Shown one piece after another: positions 48,348-58,622 of a stretch of DNA of 64,000 nucleotides. The stretch lies in contig NIVC01002719.1 in assembly GCA_002269645.1 (NCBI GenBank), forward strand, positions 62,001 to 126,000, written 5' to 3'. Positions within the stretch are counted from its first letter, which is position 1; each line of letters opens with the position of its first letter. The notes under the pieces are model-generated. The model was not told the origin of the DNA. It saw only the letters and a program-made list of their open reading frames with translations, and did no database searches. The DNA is from Macrostomum lignano. Lineage: Eukaryota. Made by a program: the position numbers and the translations under genes.

Positions 48348-49083
48348 CTATTCATTGTGTGTGAGCTCCATTCTACGTCTGATCTCAAACAAGTCGGTTG
48401 GATCACTTATTTCCCTTGTGGTCTGTGGTGCCTCTTCAGCGTCAATGTTTTTGAGATTATGCAAGCGTTCAAGACGACCGATTCTTCTCATTGATTTCTG
48501 CCATTCGGTAAAAACTAAATCTACAAAGACTTTATTTGCAGTAATTCTTACTTTGATTTGATCATGCAACGCTGTTGACTGACTCTTCTAAATTCCTCAC
48601 TTTACCTGTGTTGGTTGCGACGTTTTCTTTAATTCTATCATGCAATGCTGTTGACTGGTTCATGAACTCTTCTAAATTCCTCACTTTAACTGTGTTTGTG
48701 AAAAATCCTTCTTCAAGAATCTGCATTTGCTTATCAATGGAGTTTCTCAGAAGATTAATTGTCGATGCTAAATTTGTTCTTAAACCGTTGATTTGCGAGA
48801 CTGCCGAAGTTATTTCTGACCTAAGTTCATTAGCTGCTTGTACAACCTGTACATAAAGCTTATCACTTTCAAACTTCTGCCTGGCCACTTTTATGCGGAG
48901 ATCTTCTATGTTTATCTGTAGCTGGTGCATGGAGCGCTCTAATTGTTTCAGTCTGTTTTTATTCAGTTTGATCTCTGGGATCTCTTCGTCGCTGTTGATA
49001 TATCGCCTGTCAAGGATGGATATTTGAGCTGATGTAAGAGCGCTGTTGCCAGAAATGGATTCACCTGCAAAGTTTATCGACAT
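48348..49083 (-). CDS. Coiled-coil proteins (48562-49083 and 48348-48569), possible fibre
   Basis: MSINFAG..RRYINSD start typical of Polinton fibre-like ORFs; heptad pattern with an internal repeat (TNTVKVRNLEE / TNTGKVRNLEE). Confidence 0.45.
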
Positions 49084-49099
49084 CTTTTAATAGCAAATT

Positions 49100-49545
49100 T
49101 TTAATTACAGTTCTTTTTTCTTTGCTGATAATCACAAACTGGTAAGGCTGATTCCACTTGTCATAGCAAAGATTAACGAATTCCTACTGTGAATTCTTTG
49201 TTTGAGTTTTTTGTTGGATTTATGAAATAGGCAGGCGCAATGACCTCATTGTAAAATCTTTTTAACCTGTCCTGTGGAATGGTTGGAAACAGGAGAATCA
49301 GATTGCAGTTCCCGCGAATTGTTTTGTTCGGGAGCTCGAACCAGTTCTGTGCAATATAAATTACATTACAATTGTTATGTCGCCCTCTTGTAAAATAGTT
49401 TTCTATCTGCTTCTGTGGGCCTGTCATACAATCATCAAAGACGATCAAATGCTATCTCCTCTTTTCTAGCTCATCTGGTTGGGGTAGAAGTTTGGTCTTT
49501 GGATCCCACTGTGGATCTCCATAGGTGAACACTTTAATGTTCTCC
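49100..49545 (-). pseudogene. Polinton A32/FtsK-like packaging ATPase, C-terminal part
   Basis: (L)IVFDDCM (Walker B), YFTRGRHNNCNVIYIAQNWFELP.KTIRGNCNLILLF. Confidence 0.88.
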
Positions 49546-49778
49546 TGTTTTCTTGTTTGCACTTACTCTCTCCATAGTCGCTTCCCTTGTCACCATATTT
49601 AGTCATTCTAGGCTTCCAACTTGAGAATCTAATCATTTCTAGGCACTCTGTGACGTCTGCTCTTGCTCAATCTGATCACCTGGACTCAAAACGAAAAAAC
49701 TTGGTATTCTCCTGTTTTCTTGTTTGCACTTACTCTCTCCATAGTCGCTTCCCTTGTCACCATATTTGGTCATTCTTC
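49541..49778 (-). repeat. ~1.4 units of the 167-bp satellite, inverted
   Basis: Reverse complement of the units at 62966-63500. Confidence 0.9.
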
Positions 49779-50339
49779 TGTATGTTAGTTAATGTCTCTA
49801 TTTTTGCACCAACGATAGCTAATTTCCCACTGCCATGTTTTAATGCTTCCGCACTTAGTTTTTCCACTTTAACCAACCTCAATCCACCTTGTCCAACTTC
49901 AATCTTGCGTTCTCCAACACCATATCACTCCAGTCTTACCTCAACTAGCTTTTCTGTTTTGATTCATAGCTGTCTAGGCGGCCTTGGCCTTGCACAGCTG
50001 CGTGTTGTCGAGCCATGTCTTGCAGGCATACAATGTGATTTTCTGTTTATTTACAGCGTTATGCAATGTCACACTGTGTCACACTCGGCGTTCAGCGTGC
50101 TGCATTACAATGTAGCGGGTGCTACAACTATGAAAAAGCAGATAATTGCAGTGGAACAAAAGTGTGAAGCTAGCGATAGGAAATGCCGCTCTGGCTTCTT
50201 AGCTTCGTGCTGTCGAACTGTATTTGATTATTAACAACTGCCATAGACAATAGAAGCATACTTAGTGTTGTAGTGTTGTAGTGTTATATTAAAACACATA
50301 GTGCTATAACAATCTTCTGATGTGTTAAGGCTTATTCGA

Positions 50340-53300
50340 GCGACTGAGGAATCCGAGGAGCGGCTGAAGTTTCGACCACCCTCAGGTTCTATTATTCTGT
50401 TTGTGACATCGAATGCTGGGTCAAATGCCATTGACGACTGGCGTTGCGATGGCTACTCATGGATAGACTGTGGTCACCAGAGGTTGCCAAAGTAAGTTAC
50501 AACTGTTTTAGGTGTCTTTTAGTAGTTTACCTCATGTGCAATTTTTATACTTTTCTATTGTTTTTCCCTTTGTATTGTTCTACTTTTCTCTCTTAGCTAA
50601 ATACGCGGGATTTTTCATATTTCAGATCAAAGCCAGCATTTATGAAGTTATCGTTTTCAACGAAGATTTCATCAGTCCCTAGACAAGTTGACAACCGTTT
50701 CAAACGACTAGCCTACCGACTTATTAATTCGGACGGAACTGTCGATACAAGGTATTTTGAACACAGGCACTGACGATTCTTATCCTTTCCCTTATTCCCA
50801 CAAAATTTTCTCTAATTTTAGCCGCACTTTGATTCACTACATGGGGACTCGCAAGTGCAACCTGAGCGAATTACGCATGGGAACTCCATAAATGGCAGTC
50901 AGTACATTCGAACTTGTCCGTCTGTCCTCGGCCAATTGGCGCAGCAATTAAGAAAAGAAGGGACGTCTCCATCGACGTACTATCGTTTGCACGCTGCAAC
51001 GGAGCAGTCGCACCTTGCGTTAGGCATAAGAAACGAGAAGCAGGTGGGCAATGCTAAACATGCCGTTGATTGTGTGTCTCGATTGAGTAAGGATGCGCTT
51101 TTAACGTGCATCTTATTGCTTATGAGCTGCCTGATTTCACGCGGTCTATTCGAACGTTTCCGGATCTGTCAATCGTTGCTGGAGAAAGAAATCTCTTAGA
51201 TATGGCGAACACCATATTAAATTTAGCAGACAGCGCCCAACTTTTGTGGTACGATACCGGCTTCAATCTTACCGATGCTCATGTGTCGACACTCGTCATG
51301 CGGTTGACTATCTTCGAAAACAACCCGGTATGCCCGATCATGTTTCTGATACACGAAAGAAAATTTGAAGCCCGCCATCAGGAACTATGGACATATGCCA
51401 ATGAGTTGCTCCCTGCACTGAGCCAAGTGCCGTTGGCTTGCGTGATGGATGCTGAACATGCGCTGCGCAACGCGATGCACTCAGTTCTGCCAGGTATTGC
51501 GTTCTTTGGCTGCTGGAATCACCTGCGAGACGACGTACGCCAATGGGTTCGTAACAACAATGGAACACTCGCTGATGAGTGCGCCTATTCACGAGATCTG
51601 ACCTGTCTCCTGAAATGCAGTGGAGTTTCTGATTATAACAAATTGTACGCCGATCTGAAGAAGCAGTGGTCTAAAGACTTCGTGCTGTACTTTGAACAAA
51701 ATTTACATCCTAGAATTCCCAAATATTACGGGAAGTGGCTCCTCGGTAACCACTACTCACCGATCTCAGGAATGACGCAAAACCAAAGCGAGTCTGTGAA
51801 TGCGCTACTAAAAAGGTTTACTGCACACCAAGTGAAACCGCTTGATAGCCTTCTCATCAGCCTCTACTGCTTGTCGACATCGTTCTTTAACGACATTCTT
51901 CGTGGCGTCACTGGCACCGGAAAGTTCCGACTCAAAGAGGAGTATCAACGGCTGAGAATGGATCCAGGCGATGTCACACTTATTCCAACTAAGTCTCCCG
52001 AGAAGTATTGCAGATAATCGCTAGCGGCAGACTGACCGAAACCCGCGATTCGCCGTCTGCTGGCCCTGAAGGAGGTCCAACCCGCGATTCGCCGCCTGCT
52101 GGCCCTGAAGGAGGTCCAACCCGCGATTCGCCGCCTGCTGGCCCTGAAGGAGGTCCAACCCGCGATTCGCCGCCTGCTGGCCCTGAAGGAGGCCCAACCC
52201 GCGATTCGTCATTGGCTGCTGACAGGGATTTTGGCCCGGCACCGGCTGTGAATACTGACGCAGCAGCAGCGGCAGAAACCGGGAGTCAGCTAGACTTCAC
52301 CTTGAACATTAAAGTCACGTTTCTTTCGGATACGTCGGAGTTTCTTGTAAACAGCTTTGGAGTGAGCAACGTTGTTACGTTTAGACAAAGCCCACCGCTG
52401 TGTTCATGTGTACTGAGACATAATTGCGCACACATTGCTGCAGTTAAACGCGCGACTGGTTTCCAATTTAAGCTAAATCAACCAAGCAAAAATCTCAGCC
52501 AGCTTCAAAGCGTTTTCGAAAACCCGCAGGTAGACCTGGCAGGAAGCATTGGACTCGTAACGAGCGGAATGACGCTAAAAAGCAGCCTATTATCACAGTT
52601 TCCAACGCACACTCCGCAATTGGAAAGCGAAAAGTTTCCACGATGGCCAATGGGACGACATCAGTGGTGCCCGTGAAACGGATGGCGACGCACGGCAGTT
52701 CAGCAATGGTGTCCTGTATACGAATCGTGCAATTAGATAAATCCGCAGCATCGCCTCCTGCTCGACCGATGGTGACCGGCGTTCAGCCAGGAGGGCCCGC
52801 CGTGCAGCTTATTTCACTTGTCACCGGAGGTATGACAATATTAATGAACTTTAAACGCTCGTAATTTTCATCCACAGGCTGCTATATCAGCCGACAATTC
52901 ATACGTTGCTTAGCTACATAAACCTGCTTTTCCCTGACTGCAGAATCCGTCAGAGCAAGTAAAGTGGCAGCCACGGCATCCATCGTGACGCCAGCGGCGC
53001 CCCGCGTGAGGTCAGCGGCGCCCCTTGTGTCGCCAGCGGCGCCCCTCGCTTTACCATTGAATTTGGGACTTGAGAATCCAACCGGAACGTACTGTGCCTT
53101 CAACGCTGCCTGTCAGTGCATCGCAGCAGCTGTTGGGTCGTTGCTCCCAGTTTTTCCAGAATCGCCTCCGGTTGTCTTTTTGCTGAACGCCATTTTGAGC
53201 CGAGACAAACAAGTGATTATCAAATTTCACACCGCTGCCTTTTTATGGTGTGCGAATCAAATGAAAATGGATCCTAAGCAACAAAATTGTGTGCTGGAGG

Positions 53301-54079
53301 TCCTTACTGGAATTATTTCACTTCGAGAAATTGAGGAGCTCTTTAAATGCGAAGTAGGTTTCCCTGCTCTGTGAAGTTTATTTTTCCCTGCACTATATTT
53401 TATGCTCGTGCAATATTTTTCTGCGTTAAATCACAATTGAGTATTTTAATACGTGCTTTGATACGCAGACACTAACACAAATAGCTAGCTCGGGATTATG
53501 TTATTTGCATTGCATATTATGTTTATGCCATGGTTCTATCTCTTTCAAAACTCTACTTGTCAGACGTCATCGACGCGCGTGTGCTCATCGTGCGGATATG
53601 TTACACGACTGGACCACAATGAAATTATTACGATCCTGCGCCTGCAAATTATCAGGGATGATGATATCGACTCTCCTCATCTGATTCGTGCGTCTCTGTT
53701 ATCTTTGTCGAATTGATCGGATATTTTGTGTGAGAATTGTACGACCGGTCAGTGCAGTCACAATCAGACGCTGGAATCACTATCGAAGATTCTCTGTGTC
53801 GGAATTGGCCGGGTCAGTTACGATTCCAAACATGGCTCGCGCAAAATAACTTCGCCAATGCCTGTGGAGCTAAGTCTTCAGCTCAACGGCCGCTCGTACA
53901 ACCTTCGCGCAGCCGTTGTTCATTTCGGTCGCTCAGCCGAAAATGGTCATTACGCTGCCTACACATTTTATGATGGGTACAAATGCATCTTTATTAGCGA
54001 TTCTAGCGTTCGCGCAGTTTCTTTGTCGTCCGCTTTTGCTGACATCAAGCACAATTGCTGCGCTCTATTTTATGGGTAA
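50340..54079 (+). mobile_element. MULE transposase gene 2 (spliced, frameshifted): CG-1 DBD, DDE, repeats, SWIM, USP-like protease
   Basis: RPPSGSIILF..DDWRCDGYSW, RFKRLAYRL, LIHYMG (CG-1); YDTGF, VMDAE, CWNHL, TQNQSESVN; CSCVLRHNCAH; GLENPTGTYCAFNAACQ, QQNCVLEVL, CSSC/CENC, YNLRAAVVHFG..GHYAAY, FISDSSV. Confidence 0.85.
52038..52210 (+). repeat. 39-bp coding minisatellite x~4.3 (TRDSPPAGPEGGP)
   Basis: cccgcgattcgccgcctgctggccctgaaggaggtccaa is repeated. Confidence 0.93.
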
Positions 54080-54534
54080 CATTTACCGATCGCTTTGTCC
54101 GCTCGTTCTAATCATTTGCATTCGTAGAAAGCTGTCACACAGTAGATAGTGTCTCATAACATCCTACGATATAAATTCGGATTTTACACTCCCTTTTTTA
54201 CTTTTTATGCACAATTTTGTCCCTCCACTTTCAATACTTAAAATATTTGTAACGGTGTGAATAGATACCACAGTGCTTTATAGTGTTTTTAGAAGTGAAG
54301 ATCAATAAAAGATTTGTCCGACAAAACGATTGTCAGTCATAACAACTGCTTAGGTCGGTCATTCTATTCAATGGCATCTTATCAACGCCAATTCTAACGA
54401 CTATAATCCCAACCCTAGCAACCCTAACCTGATAGCTTTTGCTTTGCAACTGCGCTTCACAGGCGTCCAAATTGAACTTCCCGCTGATCATACTAGACTG
54501 CTTAATGCAAATGTATTTTTTCAGTATGCATTTG

Positions 54535-54589
54535 ACATTTGCATTTGACAAGCTAAATAAGAATTTGGACATGCCAGCCCTGAATAAGC

Positions 54590-54652
<63 letters not shown>

Positions 54653-54774
54653 TCATTTGCCCTGACGAAGAATTTACCTAATTCGAAATATCGGCAACTT
54701 AAATCATCTTGACTTGTTTGTCCTTTTTACATGTACCGCGTCCGTGCCTGAGATTGGAGGCGCCCTCCTCTCTC

Positions 54775-54855
<81 letters not shown>

Positions 54856-56675
54856 AGTGTACATTTACATGTACAGTACATGCACGTTACTTCAATTATC
54901 AAAAATTGTTTATTGCCCCACCTTTTATTTATTCACCTCACCTGTTTTGCAGTTCAACATCAACCCTATTTTGGCTGTACATTCATTTGCCACTCACTTC
55001 AGAGCACCAACCCTCTGTGCCCCTCCTTATCTTCTTGTCCAGTTCACCCGCCCCCAAGTTTACAACAAGTAAAGCCACCCAGTCCCATTTGGAAGTTTAA
55101 TTCTCATTTTGCATGTCCAAGTGCCTGTGTTTATAATTGAGCCACCATTCGCGACCATACAATGTAGCAGATGGGCGATTCTCATTTTGCATGTCCAAAT
55201 TCTCATTTAGCTTGTCAAATGCAGTATTAGATGCATCGTACATTCTGTACTTGAATGAAATTTTTTGGCACTTGTTGGTCAATCTTTACTCCTAGACTGT
55301 GCACCGTGATAGGAGACTGTAGAGTAAGCAGGAAAATGTGCTTTTATTAATTGTATATTCATTTTTAACTTGGGATACATACTAGAGAATCCCATACATC
55401 TACACGTTACGTGATCTTAAGAATCAAATGAGTGATGTTAGACGAAAAATTGATACTGAATTACAGTACCTGGAATGTTATTTGAGATGTCACCTGTCAG
55501 GAAAAAGTAATGACACGAAACTTTGTTGTTTTTGCAACGCTCATGCTTACTGTTTCATGATAAAAATCAATGTTAGTCGTGCTATTATTCCAATCTTCAA
55601 ACAAAATAAAAAGCAAACATTTACACAGGTTCGAAAACTTCAACTCCAACTTTTACAAAATCGTTTTGTAAAAAAAAGAGAAAGCCGCAGTGAAGCTGTC
55701 GGATTTTTTGCTGCTTGATTATTGCACAGTCAATTTCTCAAATGCCTTCTTCGCCTCATCATTGTCTCACCATCACCATCTCATTTGTGAAAGATTACGA
55801 GTTTTTATTTCCTCATTTTCTTAATTAGTATCAAACTTTCAGTGTTGCCTGAATCATGAATGTTTAAACGATTTTATACTTTACACACATACTTTACGCG
55901 TGTTAGTAACGAAAAGTACATTATACCAGCTGCATAAAGGATTCAGAGCTACTACTTTAAAGGCATAAGAATATAGCTCGTAGTTTAGTATATTGGTACT
56001 CGTAAAAAATATTGATACTAAAGCCAAAGCCAAAGCCAAATCTAGTCGTAGTTAAAGTAAGTACGGAAAACGAAGCTGTCATACCATTGCCTCCTTGAAT
56101 AAGTATTGCGTTTGACAAGCTAAATGAGAATTTGGACATGCAAAATGAGAATCGCCCATCTCCTACATTGTATGGTCGCGAATGGTGGCTCAATTATAAA
56201 CACAGGCACTTGGACATGCAAAATGAGAATTTAGACATCCAAAATGGGACTGGGTGGCTTTATCTGTTGTAAACTTGGGGGCGGGTAAACTGGGCAAGAA
56301 GGTAAGAAGGGGCACAGAGGGGGTTGGCGCTCTGAAGTGAGTGGCAAATGGATGTACAGCCAAAATGGGGTTGATGCTGAACTGCAAAACAGGTGAGGTG
56401 AGTAAATAAAAGGTGGGGCAGTAAGCAATTATTGAGAATTGAACCAATGTGCATGTACATGTAAATGTACACTGGATAGAGGGAGAGAGAAAATGCTTAT
56501 TCGGGACTGGCATGAATCTTGATTGCGAAACCATCCATTCCCATTTTGGATGTCTTATTCTCATTTTGCATGTCCAGGTGCCTATGCCTTTAATTAAGCC
56601 ACCATTCGTGACCATACAATGTAGCAGATGGGCGATTCTCATTCCGCATGTCCAAACTCTCACTCAGCTTGTCAA
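54535..56675. repeat. Foldback-like long inverted repeat
   Basis: Arms ~54840-55235 and ~56100-56490 are reverse complements with scattered mismatches. The outer flanks are also inverted. Internal TTCTCATTTTGCATGTCCAA subrepeats occur in both orientations. Confidence 0.85.
54594..54851. repeat. Two (CT)n microsatellites (54594-54652, 54768-54851)
   Basis: Direct sequence. Confidence 0.95.
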
Positions 56676-56833
56676 ACGCAATATTACTTCTGGATACATT
56701 TCCTTAGGCAAAAGTACAAACATTATTAAAACAGCACTATTAGTGAGCAATTAGTAGATCGGAAAAAATCACCAGGTACACACAGTGATATTAAACTATT
56801 AGATTGAGCGATGTTTTCACAAAAATGCTCTTC

Positions 56834-58295
56834 AGCTTACTTTCGCTTTAGTTGCTTTTGTACTGGCTTCTGTAGAAGAACAGAAAATGCTGCACGCCTA
56901 TGTCTTGGCCCAGGCAATACCTGAGCCTCCTTCGCCTTCTTCGCTTCACAAGCCTTCTTCGCTTCTTTAGCCTTCTTCACTTCCTCAGCCTTCTTTGCCT
57001 CTTCAACCTTCTTCGCTTCCTCAGCCTTCTTTGCTTCTTCAGCCTTCTTCGCTTCCTCAGCCTTCTTTGCTTCTTCAGCCTTCTTCGCTTCCTCAGCCTT
57101 CTTTGCTTCTTCAGCCTTCTTCGCTTCCTCAGCCTTCTTTGCTTCTTCAGCCTTCTTCGCTTCCTCAGCCTTCTTTGCTTCTTCAGCCTTCTTCGCTTCC
57201 TCAGCCTTCTTTGCTTCTTCAGCCTTCTTCGCTTCCTCAGCCTTCTTTGCTTCTTCAGCCTTCTTCGCTTCCTCAGCCTTCTTTGCTTCTTCAGCCTTCT
57301 TCGCTTCCTCAGCCTTCTTTGCTTCTTCAGCCTTCTTCGCTTCCTCAGCCTTCTTTGCTCTTCAGCCTTCTTCGCTTCCTCAGCCTTCTTTGCTCTTCAG
57401 CCTTCTTCGCTTCCTCAGCCTTCTTTGCTTCTTCAGCCTTCTTCGCTTCCTCAGCCTTCTTTGCTTCTTCAGCCTTCTTCGCTTCCTCAGCCTTCTTTGC
57501 TTCTTCAGCCTTCTTCGCTTCCTCAGCCTTCTTTGCTTCTTCAGCCTTCTTCGCTTCCTCAGCCTTCTTTGCTTCTTCAGCCTTCTTCGCTTCCTCAGCC
57601 TTCTTTGCTTCTTCAGCCTTCTTCGCTTCCTCAGCCTTCTTCGCTTCCTCAGCCTTCTTTGCTTCTTCAGCCTTCTTCGCTTCCTCAGCTTTCTTAACCT
57701 CATCATTGGTTAGCGTCACCATCTCAATCGGGTTATCATTCATCTGGTTCAATTCTGCTAAAGCCTGTCGAACGCATACTAAACTTGGGCGAATAACACT
57801 ATTGGATGGTGATTTCGAAATAGAATAGGCCATCTCAAGGTGTCGGATAGCCTTCTGCAGGTGCAGTTTTACCTGCTGCTTGCAAGGCTTAAAAGCAGGG
57901 TGATAAGTACTATCACTCACCATCTCCCAATTGCTACTCTCCAACCACTTTCGACCCGTGTCCGCAGCCTTGCATCGCGCTGAAACTGATTGTCGGCATT
58001 CAGTCGATGATCCCTTCTTTCGAGTGATAGCGACGTCATTACCAAACGCAATGCTTAACCCACTTTCGGTCAAGTACTTTAATTCAAGACCTTCGACATT
58101 ACGAATACTAGAACGACTCAGCGCATTTAACCCAAGAGTTACAGCCGCTTCCCGAACATCCGAAGCCATAAGTCGTACTCCAACAACAAAGTCCTCTTTA
58201 GGAAAGGGGGATGGCAAACATCCTTGCCCAATGAATAGCGCAAAAGTGTCCTTTGCAAATGCCTGGAAGCAAAGTTTAGAAAGGAAAGCAGCCAT
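56834..58295 (-). CDS. Hypothetical protein with a long (KAEEAK)n coiled coil; frameshifts inside the array
   Basis: ~200-aa unique N-terminus runs in frame into the repeat. Two 1-bp deletions near 57395 and 57358. A terminal segment (KAKEAQVLPGPRHRR...KRK*) follows the array. Confidence 0.5.
56922..57690 (-). repeat. 18-bp minisatellite with a 36-bp higher-order dimer, ~42 units
   Basis: ttcttcgcttcctcagcc alternates with ttctttgcttcttcagcc. Confidence 0.97.
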
Positions 58296-58455
58296 TGATT
58301 ATTTTAAGTCAAAATTCTGAACGAAATTCAAAATTTTAATTCAATTCCACTGGCAAATTCTCTAGAACTAATCTAATCATCAAACAGAAGGCTAGAGTCA
58401 CCAGAGGAAGCAAATGGGTTTAAATAAACCAAATATAAACTTACGCCCGAGTTAG

Positions 58456-58622
58456 TGCAAACAAGAAAACAAGAGAATACAAAGTTTTTTCGTTTTGAGT
58501 CCAGGTGATCAGATTGAGCAAGAGCAGACGTCACAGAGTGCCTAGAAATGATTAGATTCTCAAGTTGGAAGCCTAGAATGACCAAATATGGTGACAAGGG
58601 AAGCGACTATGGAGAGAGTAAG
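58456..58622 (+). repeat. 167-bp satellite unit left of the Gypsy insertion
   Basis: Same unit as 62966-63500. Confidence 0.9.

Larger units (their letters stand above)
44861..49545. mobile_element. Second Polinton-derived relic (AGTAG terminus, small ORFs, PW-like, fibre-like, packaging ATPase)
   Basis: AGTAGAATG start shared with 8974. Polinton-type genes on the minus strand at 47.9-49.5 kb, cut by the 167-bp satellite. Confidence 0.6.

Noticed and set aside
54333-55140. ERER / SLSL ORFs
   Set aside because: Translations of (CT)n microsatellites.
56900-57828. Plus-strand ORFs (LLRFLS / QPSSLP / SSAFFA repeats) and the minus-strand RRLRK frame
   Set aside because: Shadow frames of the minisatellite. 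Synonymous variation favours only the KAEEAK frame.
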